Source: a virus
Lineage: Duplodnaviria; Heunggongvirae; Uroviricota; Caudoviricetes
DNA: 38,285 bases
IMG/VR virus record: IMGVR_UViG_2645727978_000010
Strand: one strand, 5' to 3'
This document shows positions 8,228 through 16,703 of this stretch, in pieces (the stretch's first letter is position 1; each line of letters begins with the position of its first letter). Position numbers and translations under genes: made by a program. A model generated the notes under the pieces. The model searched no databases, was not told the DNA's origin, and saw only the letters and a list, made by a program, of their open reading frames with translations.

Positions 8228-8974
8228 ATGAAAAATATTGCGACAGGCGGCGTTCTGGAGCGTATCCGCAGACTGACCCCACCACATGTAACCGCCCCAT
8301 TCAGAACGGTTGCGGAGTGGCGCGAGTGGCAACTTGCTGAAGGCCAGAAACGTTGCGAGGAGATCAACCGCCTGAATCGTCAGTTGCGGGTGGAAAAAAT
8401 CCTGAATCGCTCTGGCATCCAGCCGTTGCACCGCAAATGCTCGTTTGCGAATTACCAGGTGCAGAACGAAGGGCAGCGATACGCGTTAAGCCAGGCGAAA
8501 TCCATCGCCGATGAACTGATGACCGGGTGTACAAATTTTGCGTTCAGCGGAAAACCTGGTACCGGGAAGAATCACTTAGCGGCAGCTATCGGGAATCGCC
8601 TGCTGAAAGACGGTCAGACAGTGATTGTGGTTACCGTGGCTGATGTTATGAGCGCCCTGCACGCCAGCTATGACGACGGGCAGTCAGGCGAAAAATTTTT
8701 GCGGGAGCTGTGCGAAGTGGATCTGCTGGTTCTTGATGAAATTGGCATTCAGCGCGAGACGAAAAACGAGCAGGTGGTACTGCACCAGATTATTGATCGA
8801 CGGACAGCGTCGATGCGTAGCGTGGGAATGCTGACAAACCTGAACTATGAGGCCATGAAAACATTGCTCGGCGAGAGGATTATGGATCGCATGACCATGA
8901 ACGGCGGGTGTTGGGTGAATTTTAACTGGGAGAGCTGGCGTCCGAATGTCGTCCAGCCAGGAATTGCGAAGTAA
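8228..8974 (+). CDS. DnaC-like replicative helicase loader (IstB-like AAA+ ATPase; YdaV-like), 248 aa
   Basis: Track ORF; Walker [16 protein letters not shown] and Walker [10 protein letters not shown]; follows the replication-initiator-like gene. Confidence 0.8.
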   Translation: MKNIATGGVLERIRRLTPPHVTAPFRTVAEWREWQLAEGQKRCEEINRLNRQLRVEKILNRSGIQPLHRKCSFANYQVQNEGQRYALSQAKSIADELMTGCTNFAFSGKPGTGKNHLAAAIGNRLLKDGQTVIVVTVADVMSALHASYDDGQSGEKFLRELCEVDLLVLDEIGIQRETKNEQVVLHQIIDRRTASMRSVGMLTNLNYEAMKTLLGERIMDRMTMNGGCWVNFNWESWRPNVVQPGIAK

Positions 8975-8996
8975 TTTTTACCGGGAGAAAAATTTA

Positions 8997-9758
8997 ATGG
9001 AGACTGTTTTTGACGCACTGAAAGCAATGGGAAAAGCCACGTCGGTAGAGCTGGCTGCGCGACTTGATATCAGTCGTGAAGAAGTGCTGAACGAACTATG
9101 GGAACTGAAAAAGGCTGGTTTTGTTGATAAAAGCGCGTACACCTGGCGTGTGGCTGATAACAACGTTCAGCAGGAACAGCCAGCGCAGGCAGAACTGCCG
9201 GAAGAAACCACCACAGCAACAGTAGCGAAAATCTCAGAGTGCGATTTAACCGCGACGATTGAACAACGCGGACCACAAACGGCTGATGAGCTGGCTACAT
9301 TGTTTGGTACCACATCACGCAAAGTGGCTTCAACGCTGGCAATGGCAATCAGCAAAGGTCGTCTGATTCGCGTAAATCAGGGCGGTAAATTTCGTTACTG
9401 CATACCGGGCGATAATTTACCAGCAGAGCCGAAAGCAGCATCGGTAGCGGAAACTGATGGTAAGGCCTTTCCTCAGCCCGCAGGTGTTGCGTTACCAGTA
9501 CGTGAGGCTGCAACACAGGAAGATATTAAAACAGAAACTGTGGCGGACATTGTGCAGTCGCTGCCATCGTTTACTGAAACGCGAGCGGATGACCTGGTTT
9601 TACCATCGCTGCATATGGCAAACCGCGAACTGCGTCGGGCGAAAAGTCATGTCCAGAAGTGGGAACGAGTCTGTGCTGCGCTGCGGGAACTGAACAAGCA
9701 CCGGGATATTGTTCGACAGATTACTGATTCTTCTCGCTGTGTTGCATCGGAAAAGTGA
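8997..9758 (+). CDS. Hypothetical phage protein (253 aa)
   Basis: Track ORF 8946..9758; start placed at ATG 8997 preceded by GGGAG-type RBS (alternative ATG 8946 overlaps upstream gene and lacks RBS). Confidence 0.5.
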   Translation: METVFDALKAMGKATSVELAARLDISREEVLNELWELKKAGFVDKSAYTWRVADNNVQQEQPAQAELPEETTTATVAKISECDLTATIEQRGPQTADELATLFGTTSRKVASTLAMAISKGRLIRVNQGGKFRYCIPGDNLPAEPKAASVAETDGKAFPQPAGVALPVREAATQEDIKTETVADIVQSLPSFTETRADDLVLPSLHMANRELRRAKSHVQKWERVCAALRELNKHRDIVRQITDSSRCVASEK

Positions 9759-9773
9759 TTGCCGGAGGCACCT

Positions 9774-10196
9774 ATGGCAAAAGTATTTACACCAGAAGAG
9801 CGGGAAAAAATTAAAGGGCAGGTTGTTGAACTTGTACGTCTGAGCGGTCGCGAGACGTTACGGGCTCTGGAGGCTAAAACCGGTGCATCAAGGTATTACA
9901 TAAGCACTCTCGCCAGAGAACTGGTCGCCAGTGGTGATGTTTACAATTCTGGCTACGGATTATTCCCGTCTGAGCAGGCGCGTAAAGACTGGCAAAACGC
10001 CCGCAAAAAACTATCAAGGGCAAAGGTGAAGAAACCGGTTGTGGTTGATCCTGACCTTATCTGGTCATTACCAGACGGAGAAATACGTCGTTACAACAGA
10101 CGACAGAACATAATCTGTCGCGAGTGCCGGAATAGTGAGGTTATGCAGCGAGTGCTGGCGTTTTATCAGGGGAGTTTTCAGGAGGTGGTGCTGTGA
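9774..10196 (+). CDS. Hypothetical phage protein (140 aa)
   Basis: Track ORF 9759..10196 begins at TTG; ATG at 9774 has GGAGG RBS 9764-9768. Confidence 0.5.
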   Translation: MAKVFTPEEREKIKGQVVELVRLSGRETLRALEAKTGASRYYISTLARELVASGDVYNSGYGLFPSEQARKDWQNARKKLSRAKVKKPVVVDPDLIWSLPDGEIRRYNRRQNIICRECRNSEVMQRVLAFYQGSFQEVVL

Positions 10197-10253
10197 GTGA
10201 AATTAGCTATCAGGCTTCAATTGCCGCTGGCATTCGCATCAAAGGAGAGGAGC

Positions 10254-10610
10254 ATGGAAATAAAACCAGAAGATGAGTTAAGTAATATTGTTTTATTTCC
10301 GGTAAAAGAGGATGACCCACGTAATCAGGTTAATTTTCTTTATGAGCCATCGGAAAGACCATACTGCCATCACGCTTCTGTCCGGGTTGACGAAAAAGAG
10401 CGTCAGGTCCGCTGTAAAATCTGCGGTGCAGTTGTGGAGCCATTTGACTGGATGCTCTCTGTGGCGAAAAGAGAAACCAGACTGGCAGATGATGTAAAAC
10501 TATTGCGCCAGGAGGAACAGGAAAGGCGAAAAAATATAGAAAAGCTAATTCAGATTGAGCGTAATGCGAAAGCACGGATACGCAGGGTGACAAAATCCAG
10601 AACTGAATAA
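10254..10610 (+). CDS. Hypothetical Cys/His-containing protein (118 aa)
   Basis: Track ORF 10197..10610 begins at GTG immediately after upstream stop; ATG 10254 has AAAGGAGAGGAG RBS; CHH...CKICG motif suggests a small zinc-binding fold. Confidence 0.45.
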   Translation: MEIKPEDELSNIVLFPVKEDDPRNQVNFLYEPSERPYCHHASVRVDEKERQVRCKICGAVVEPFDWMLSVAKRETRLADDVKLLRQEEQERRKNIEKLIQIERNAKARIRRVTKSRTE

Positions 10611-10881
10611 TTAAATTTAGCACTGTTAAAAATTTAATCCTTAACCGGAGGGATTTCTGCACCCTCAGAACATCAGGAGGCCGCCCGAAAGGGCGGAACA
10701 GATAATGCTTACGTTGAAACATTTTATCGACATACCAACATGGTTAGCCGTCATTGCTTTTGTTAAAATACACATCCACTTTTCTGTGCAATGTTTAACC
10801 ACTGGTCATATCAAATGGCATTCATGCGAACCATGATATAGAATCATGGCTTGAGAGAGTCGATGAAAGCGCAACTATGGT

Positions 10882-11460
10882 ATGAGAGACATTGATGTAA
10901 GAAAGGCTGTGCATGCCAAGATTTTGAGAGATCATCATAAAGATCCTGACACCCTAATCATTGATGAGTTTACGATGAATCTGGGGGCTAGCAGAGCTGA
11001 TATAGCAGTGATCAATGGGCTTATACATGGTTATGAGTTGAAGAGCAAAAGTGATAACTTGCTCAGATTACCAGCGCAGGTGCAACATTACTCATCAGTG
11101 ATGGATAAAGTAACGTTGGTTGTCTCTGATTGCCATCTTTATGATGCTTTAAGCATAGTTCCATCATGGTGGGGGATAAAGCAAGTTACGCAAGGTGCAC
11201 GGCAAGGTATCCATTTAAAAACAATTCGAACTAGCAAGTTGAATCCACAAGTGGACAAACTTTCCTTAACAATGCTTCTTTGGAAAGATGAATTGCTTTC
11301 CCTATTAAGTGATGTAGGGGAGCTACAGAATTTGAAAAATAAACCTAAACGCGTCTTATGGTCAAAACTCGCCAATAGTATGGATGTTGGCGAGCTTCGT
11401 GAAGCTGTTCGAGTTAAACTTAAAGCCCGTAAAGAGTGGCGAGTTGCTCAACAACCTTAG
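10882..11460 (+). CDS. Predicted PD-(D/E)xK nuclease-fold protein (192 aa); sce7726-like by recollection
   Basis: Track ORF with ATG start; AT-rich; motif IIDEF...RADIAVINGLIHGYELKSK fits the D...D-x12-ExK restriction-endonuclease-like signature; family assignment not verified. Confidence 0.6.
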   Translation: MRDIDVRKAVHAKILRDHHKDPDTLIIDEFTMNLGASRADIAVINGLIHGYELKSKSDNLLRLPAQVQHYSSVMDKVTLVVSDCHLYDALSIVPSWWGIKQVTQGARQGIHLKTIRTSKLNPQVDKLSLTMLLWKDELLSLLSDVGELQNLKNKPKRVLWSKLANSMDVGELREAVRVKLKARKEWRVAQQP

Positions 11461-12517
11461 TTATGTGATGGTTTTGCCCAATCCTACGCCATACCTCTGG
11501 GCTACCAAATTTATAGTTACCAGAGGGATTGGCTTTGTAGGCTTGATACTCGTTTGCATAATATTCTATGTCTCTATCTCCCGCACAGAATGTAGGCCCT
11601 GAATATTCTCGATGAGCAAGAATATCCTCACTATGTTTACCATATTGTTCATAACCAAAGCGATTAGCTACTCTTCCTCGAAATACCCAAAAGTCATTAT
11701 CTCCAGAGTATCTGACGCTGGCAGATACGCTAGGGAATCGCGTCGAAAGCCTATTAAAGTCGGGGTGCTGTACTCCATAATCACTATAAATCACATTTCT
11801 GGCAAGTTCTTTTCTATTCATTAAACTCTGCCATAAAATCCACTCGATTCGAGGTTGAGAATATAGACCAACAGAAATATCACTGAGATCTGTAGGAAAT
11901 GAACCCCCAGAAAGAATCACTTTTCTGTATTCATTGAGGTGCGCCAGATTGTTTATCAATCCCATTGCCAAAGTATATAGTTCGCCGGAATTAAGTTTAT
12001 CCTCGGTTAACTCATCTCTTAAGTCAATAATTATATCAATATTTGATAAAGGAATTCCCAGATGATTAATGTAATGCGTTATTAATTGTGGGTTAACCAG
12101 ATCTAACGTGGTTAATCTCAAGCATATTTCATTCTGCATTAATTCATCAATCGCTCCTTTATAGTTAGATGGGCGAGTTGGTGAACTGACAGGAATAACT
12201 CTTATCCCCATATCTCTAACTTGATTAACCGCATTTATTATAGGGTAATGATCTTCAGGAGAAATAAAATGCTCTTCAATTAATAATCCATCAATATAAA
12301 CACCTTGCATATCTGAGCAAGATTTTGAGACTTTCTTTCCGAACTCTATAAGAGTCTCGTTATAACTCTTTAAGGCAATACCTGAATCAGGGTCAATTGG
12401 CACTGGTTCAATTTCGAGTAATGGCAAAATTTTTGATTTCTTTTCAATGGATAGCTGCGATAAAGCTGATAACTCAGAACGTTTCGCTTTCAGAATAGGA
12501 ATATATGAAATTGTCAT
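11420..12517 (-). CDS. 365-aa protein of unknown function; 'beta protein'/sce7725-like by recollection
   Basis: Track ORF with ATG start and AAGGT RBS (rev-comp of 12518-12535); AT-rich; convergent with the nuclease-fold gene with 41-bp 3' overlap; N-terminus MTISYIPILKAKRSEL recalls that family. Confidence 0.6.
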   Translation of the reverse strand: MTISYIPILKAKRSELSALSQLSIEKKSKILPLLEIEPVPIDPDSGIALKSYNETLIEFGKKVSKSCSDMQGVYIDGLLIEEHFISPEDHYPIINAVNQVRDMGIRVIPVSSPTRPSNYKGAIDELMQNEICLRLTTLDLVNPQLITHYINHLGIPLSNIDIIIDLRDELTEDKLNSGELYTLAMGLINNLAHLNEYRKVILSGGSFPTDLSDISVGLYSQPRIEWILWQSLMNRKELARNVIYSDYGVQHPDFNRLSTRFPSVSASVRYSGDNDFWVFRGRVANRFGYEQYGKHSEDILAHREYSGPTFCAGDRDIEYYANEYQAYKANPSGNYKFGSPEVWRRIGQNHHITKVVEQLATLYGL

Positions 12518-12869
12518 GTTAATACCTTATACAGAATCAATTAACAATTAATGGTTCTTCGGACATTGAAATTTATATCGCAAAAATTGGCAAACTCTCC
12601 TCGACTACTCACTTGTGGGTATCCTGGCGTAAAAGGAATGACTTGGCAATACCCGGTGTGATCATAAGTCATTGAAAATGATCATTTTTATCAGTCTTTC
12701 TTCCATGATGAATGCTAATGCCATTTGATTTGTTGAGGTAAAAACTGTTAAAAATCAAAACGATGTAATTGAAATGAACGTTCGGTAGCATTCACGCTTT
12801 AAATGTTTCTTTTGTGCTGATTGGATGAATTTTGGTCACTTATGATGAGAGATGTTGCAGGAAAAGAAG

Positions 12870-12898
12870 TTGGCATTGATCTATTGGATAGTTAGAAT
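12870..12898 (+). promoter_or_regulatory. Candidate hok mRNA promoter (TTGGCA -17 bp- TAGAAT)
   Basis: -35-like 12870-12875, -10-like 12893-12898; leader beginning CTTGAGGCTATCTGCCTCAGG follows, resembling the 5' end of plasmid R1 hok mRNA as I recall it. Confidence 0.35.
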
Positions 12899-12964
12899 TG
12901 CTGCGGGTGCTTGAGGCTATCTGCCTCAGGCATGAACACCAAAAGGCAGATAGAGAAAAGCCCC

Positions 12965-13027
12965 AGTTAACATTACGCGTCCTACAAGACGCTTAACATT
13001 AATCTGAGGCCCAATCTATGTCTCACA
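12965..13027 (-). ncRNA. Candidate Sok-like antisense RNA (approximate extent)
   Basis: Minus-strand promoter-like TTGCCT (13061-13056) -17 bp- TAACCT (13038-13033) inside the hok leader, reading across the leader ORF start; hairpin GCGTC-n6-GACGC at 12977-12992; ends not determinable. Confidence 0.3.
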
Positions 13028-13074
13028 AATGTAGGTTAGCCTCTTACGTGCCGAAAGGCAAGGAGAAGCAGGCT

Positions 13075-13230
13075 ATGAAGCAGCAAAAGGCGATGTTAAT
13101 CGCCCTGATCGTCATCTGTTTAACCGTCATAGTGACGGCACTGGTAACGAGGAAAGACCTCTGCGAGGTACGAATCCGAACCGGCCAGACGGAGGTTGCT
13201 GTCTTCGTGGACTACGAATCTGAGAAGTAA
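13075..13230 (+). CDS. hok: Hok/Gef-family type I toxin (51 aa; RelF/HokD-like)
   Basis: AAGGAGAAG RBS; product MKQQKAMLIALIVICLTVIVTALVTRKDLCEVRIRTGQTEVAVFVDYESEK has single TM helix plus conserved Cys, matching my recollection of HokD/RelF; the in-frame upstream extension (track ORF 13018..13230) occupies the mok position. Confidence 0.85.
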   Translation: MKQQKAMLIALIVICLTVIVTALVTRKDLCEVRIRTGQTEVAVFVDYESEK

Positions 13231-13300
13231 GAGTGACTAGGCGGGAGAGTAATCTCCCGCCACCTCTGATGTGTCAGGCATCCTCAACGCACCCGCACTT

Positions 13301-13324
13301 AACCCGCTTCGGCGGGTTTTTTGT
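13301..13324 (+). terminator. Rho-independent terminator after hok
   Basis: CCCGC-TTCG-GCGGG hairpin followed by TTTTTTGTTG; an upstream 8-bp-stem hairpin GGCGGGAG-AGTAAT-CTCCCGCC (13240-13261) resembles the hok fold-back element. Confidence 0.7.
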
Positions 13325-13507
13325 TGCGCGCTGAATGCGCAGGGTGAAAAATAACCATATATTTGATTATATACACAACAAAAAATAAAAGTCATTGTAC
13401 CTGCACATTAAACAATCAAATATACGGCGTGAAATAAATATTTTTCAGATTAATATTTTTGTCTCTATGTGGATATAACCGTTTGTACTTATAAACCTGG
13501 AGGCATC

Positions 13508-13720
13508 GTGGAAAAAATAAAGAGACTATTTAGTAGCAAATACGCAGTCATACGTCGTGATGACCTGTCAGTTATAGTCGAAATGGATTACTTCCCTGAA
13601 ACCCCAAAATCAATGATGTATCGTAATGGTCGAAAGGCAATTTTTTTACCGATGAGGGTAAGTGACATTATGGGAAATGATAAACTGCTGGATGAATTGC
13701 GAGTCAGAGCATCATGTTAG
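13508..13720 (+). CDS. Hypothetical small protein (70 aa, GTG start)
   Basis: Track ORF 13469..13720; GGAGG 13499-13503 precedes in-frame GTG 13508; AT-rich region. Confidence 0.3.
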   Translation: MEKIKRLFSSKYAVIRRDDLSVIVEMDYFPETPKSMMYRNGRKAIFLPMRVSDIMGNDKLLDELRVRASC

Positions 13721-13791
13721 TATTGGCATTAATTCTGGTATACTACATAACGGGCTGAACACCCATTCTACTGCGCCAGCGGAGAACTACG

Positions 13792-14391
13792 ATGGCGCAT
13801 ATACAACTGGTCAAACAAACCTCTTCCGGATTACTTCTCCCGGCGACGCCGGAGAGTTGCGATTTTTTGCATCAAATCAAAATAGGTGAGTGGATACACG
13901 CAGACTTTAAGCGTGTGCGTAACTACGCATTTCACAAGCGTTTTTTCAAACTCCTGCAACTGGGATTCGATTACTGGACTCCGAGCGGTGGGGTGATCAC
14001 GCCTCGAGAACGAGAACTGGTATCAGGCTTCGTTGAGTACCTGTGCGAATCAGTAGGTCGGGAACATACGCCAGCTCTGAGCGAAGCCGCAGAGCAATAT
14101 CTGAATACAGTTGCGACACGCAGAACCCGGGATACGGCATTGCTAAAGTCGTTTGAGGCTTTCCGCGAGTGGGTAACCATTCAGGCCGGATTTTACACCG
14201 AGCATATTTATCCAGACGGTAGCCGCGGGCGCAGGGCAAAATCTATCGCATTTGCGAACATGGACGAAACCGAGTTTCAGCAGGTTTATAAATCTGTACT
14301 GAATGTGCTGTGGAACTGGATCCTGTTCCGTAAATTTTCCTCTCCGGAGGAAGTCGAAAATGTGGCCGCGCAGCTACTGGAGTTTGCGTAA
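13792..14391 (+). CDS. Hypothetical phage protein (199 aa); nin-region, possibly YbcN/DUF1367-like
   Basis: Track ORF; stop overlaps start of ybcO-like gene (TAATG); family name from recollection only. Confidence 0.55.
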   Translation: MAHIQLVKQTSSGLLLPATPESCDFLHQIKIGEWIHADFKRVRNYAFHKRFFKLLQLGFDYWTPSGGVITPRERELVSGFVEYLCESVGREHTPALSEAAEQYLNTVATRRTRDTALLKSFEAFREWVTIQAGFYTEHIYPDGSRGRRAKSIAFANMDETEFQQVYKSVLNVLWNWILFRKFSSPEEVENVAAQLLEFA

Positions 14392-14681
14392 TGGTGAGTT
14401 TACGTAAAGCAGCGCGGGGCCAGATGTGCCAGGTCAGAATCCCTGGCTACTGCAATCACAATCCCGAAACTTCTGTGCTGGCGCATTACAGGCTGGCGGG
14501 GACGTGCGGAACAGCGACAAAACCACACGATATGCAGGCAGCGATTGCCTGTAGCTCATGCCACGATTTAATCGACGGGCGGGTAAAAACCAGCGATTAC
14601 ACCAAAGAAGAATTACGCCTGATGTATGCAGAAGGTGTTTTTCGCACACAAGAAATCTGGAGAAAGGAAGGTTATTTATGA
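14391..14681 (+). CDS. ybcO: YbcO-like (DUF1364) putative nuclease, 96 aa
   Basis: Track ORF; N-terminus MVSLRKAARGQMCQVRIPGYCNHNPETSVLAH and Cys-rich motifs match my recollection of DLP12 YbcO; same 96-aa length. Confidence 0.7.
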   Translation: MVSLRKAARGQMCQVRIPGYCNHNPETSVLAHYRLAGTCGTATKPHDMQAAIACSSCHDLIDGRVKTSDYTKEELRLMYAEGVFRTQEIWRKEGYL

Positions 14682-15220
14682 TTTACCCAACAAATACAGG
14701 CAAAAGCGGGGAACACCTTCGTCTCACCACGCTGGAAAGTGTCTGGATTCAGGGAAAACTGCGCATGTGGGGGCGCTGGTCGTATATTGGCGGCGGTAAG
14801 ACGGGAAATATGTTTAACCAGTTGCTGGCATCCAAAAAATTGACGAAAACAGCCGTCAATGAAGCCCTGCGCAGGATGAAAAAAGCGGGAATAGAGAAAC
14901 CTGAGCTGGAAGCGTTTTTGCGAGAGATGATCAATGGCAAGCAAAAGACCTGGCTGGCGCATTGTACTGATGCAGAGGCGTTATGTATTGATAGAGTCAT
15001 AAGTGAGGTGCTGGCAGAGCATCCTGGATTGATTAGTGTCCTCCGGCAACGGTATGAAGGACGGGGGATGACTAAGCGCAAAATGGCTGAATTGCTAAAT
15101 GATGCACATCCTGAGTGGTGTTTTAGCACATGCGAAAAGCGAATTGCTAATTGGTTGGCTGTTGCTGAGTATGCCCTATATATTCCCATGCGAGAATCAT
15201 TTGCTCAAAAAATAGCTTGA
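14678..15220 (+). CDS. Putative late-gene antiterminator (Q-like), 180 aa
   Basis: Track ORF 14558..15220 trimmed to ATG 14678 (ATGA overlap with ybcO-like stop, AAAGGAAGG RBS); last gene before a terminator and the lysis cassette; assignment largely positional. Confidence 0.45.
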   Translation: MIYPTNTGKSGEHLRLTTLESVWIQGKLRMWGRWSYIGGGKTGNMFNQLLASKKLTKTAVNEALRRMKKAGIEKPELEAFLREMINGKQKTWLAHCTDAEALCIDRVISEVLAEHPGLISVLRQRYEGRGMTKRKMAELLNDAHPEWCFSTCEKRIANWLAVAEYALYIPMRESFAQKIA

Positions 15221-15303
15221 TTTTTTACGCATAAACTGCTTCAATTCCGGTATGCTTCGCAAAGCTGTATCGCGAGGCGAACCAAGCGCATGAACTTTAC
15301 CAG

Positions 15304-15333
15304 AACCCGCCATTGAGCGGGTTTTGTTGTTTC
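15304..15333 (+). terminator. Rho-independent terminator downstream of Q-like gene (tR'-like)
   Basis: ACCCGC-CATTGA-GCGGGT hairpin followed by TTTGTTGTTTC. Confidence 0.6.
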
Positions 15334-15441
15334 TGGTACTGGCGAACCTGATGTTTCATTTCTGGAGCGCGATTCCTGGCGGAATACCTAGAATCGAGAC
15401 ATTCTGGTAAAATTGTTTTCAGTACAGGATGTGGAGGTGAG

Positions 15442-16011
15442 ATGAGAGAACTACCTAAAGATTATTTTTTAGGAGTAGATGATGAGCTCGTCGATTATCT
15501 TGAAAAACAAGGGGAAGAGACGATACGAGAGATTCATCTTTCTAACAAAACCAATGTTGAGAATGGATACAAACTTCTGAACATTCAGATTGTTGGAATT
15601 GGCTCATCTTTTTTATTGCTGACACAGAAAACTAATTTCGATTTTCTCACCGCCGGAATTACCACATTTACATTACTATGGACATGGTGCGCCATTTACT
15701 TGGTATGTACTGGTTTATCTGTGAAGGTTAGGGGCCTGATCAATGCCCCTCCTGATCATCTATATCATGAAAAATATAAGGATATGGAGCCCTCGAGCTT
15801 TAAAATATTCGCTGATGCAGGATATTTAGGACCTGATAAGTTATTGCCGCTTATACGAAGGTATCGCCTTGTTGACTTGAGTGATACAGCAAGAGAGTTA
15901 CTGTTGGAAAATGAGAAAATCCGCACGAGTCTCGATAAAGCAAGGATGTATACCATCCTTGCTCCGGTAGCGGCGATGTTTATCTCGGCTGTTTTTTTAT
16001 ATGTTCAATGA
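15442..16011 (+). CDS. Hypothetical membrane protein (189 aa), moron between Q-like gene and lysis cassette
   Basis: Track ORF; GGAGG RBS 15433-15437; AT-rich; ~50-aa soluble N-terminal region then hydrophobic segments (IVGIGSSFLLL; FLTAGITTFTLLWTWCAIYLVCTGL; MYTILAPVAAMFISAVFLYV). Confidence 0.55.
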   Translation: MRELPKDYFLGVDDELVDYLEKQGEETIREIHLSNKTNVENGYKLLNIQIVGIGSSFLLLTQKTNFDFLTAGITTFTLLWTWCAIYLVCTGLSVKVRGLINAPPDHLYHEKYKDMEPSSFKIFADAGYLGPDKLLPLIRRYRLVDLSDTARELLLENEKIRTSLDKARMYTILAPVAAMFISAVFLYVQ

Positions 16012-16141
16012 CTGAGTCGGCAGAATCTCCAACAAAAACACGACGTGTAGCAAAGTCCGCAGTACTTTGTGTTGGAGTTGGTTTTGGTGCCACGGGTTGC
16101 TGAGGTTTATTTTCACCTTGTGGCTTGTTTTTTTCAGACAT
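15980..16141 (-). CDS. Hypothetical small Pro-rich protein (53 aa)
   Basis: C-terminal part of track ORF 15980..16372 starting at ATG with AGAGGA RBS (rev-comp of 16142-16155); convergent with and overlapping the membrane-protein gene by 32 bp. Confidence 0.25.
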   Translation of the reverse strand: MSEKNKPQGENKPQQPVAPKPTPTQSTADFATRRVFVGDSADSVIEHIKKQPR

Positions 16142-16235
16142 AAAAATCCTCTTTGTTTGAATTGTTACTTTTGGCGATTTAACGATATCAAACACGAGTA
16201 TATACCGCCAGAAGCTTAATCTGGCACTCCATCTG

Positions 16236-16265
16236 GCCCCGGCATGTCCCGGGGCTTTTTCGTTG
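16236..16265 (+). terminator. Rho-independent terminator upstream of holin
   Basis: GCCCCGG-n6-CCGGGGC hairpin followed by TTTTTCGTTGTT. Confidence 0.6.
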
Positions 16266-16358
16266 TTAGGCTCCGGAAACATCCTCGACTTCTTGTTAGC
16301 AAGCCTGAGAGCCTGAATCTTACACTTAGCACCATCCGAACTCTCGGAGGTGAGGCTT

Positions 16359-16700
16359 ATGAAAATGCACAATGCCCCTCATTCCTGGCCTGACTTACTG
16401 GAACTCTTACAAAGTTGGTGGCGTGGAGATACGCCGCTGGGTGCAGTGGTTATGTCAATTATTATGGCTGGTTTGCGCATTGCCTATTTTGGCGGTGGCG
16501 GCGGCTGGAAACGAAAAACGCTTGAGATTCTGCTTTGTGGTGCTCTGACGCTGACCTTTGCATCCGCGCTTGAGTATGTCGGATGGCCTAAATCACTTTC
16601 TGTTGCCATTGGTGGTGGGGTGGGGCTGATTGGTGTTGATGCTATTCGTGGTGCGGCAATGAGGGTCATCGGTAACAAGTTCGGTGCCCATAAGGAGTAA
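16359..16700 (+). CDS. Class I holin with lambda S-like dual start (Met-Lys-Met)
   Basis: Track ORF 16350..16700 (GTG) trimmed to ATG 16359 after GGAGG 16346-16350; N-terminus MKMHNAP parallels lambda S107/S105 MKM starts; three hydrophobic segments; directly precedes endolysin. Confidence 0.75.
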   Translation: MKMHNAPHSWPDLLELLQSWWRGDTPLGAVVMSIIMAGLRIAYFGGGGGWKRKTLEILLCGALTLTFASALEYVGWPKSLSVAIGGGVGLIGVDAIRGAAMRVIGNKFGAHKE

Positions 16701-16703
16701 TTA

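Noticed and set aside
11384-11824. Plus-strand ORFs of 72 and 70 aa downstream of the nuclease-fold gene
   Set aside because: Antisense to the 365-aa minus-strand CDS, which has a proper RBS and fills the interval
13018-13074. Treating the upstream in-frame ATG as the true hok start (70-aa product)
   Set aside because: The Hok family is about 50 aa and the internal ATG has a strong AAGGAGAAG RBS; the extension is kept as a finding only
13330-13470. AT-rich stretch with short inverted repeat ATATTTGAT ... ATCAAATAT as a possible att site or mobile-element end
   Set aside because: Only a 9-bp imperfect match, no flanking integrase or direct repeats; more likely promoter-region AT-richness
15216-15245. 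Late promoter (pR'-like) immediately downstream of the Q-like gene
   Set aside because: TTGATT is present but no convincing -10 at correct spacing, so not annotated
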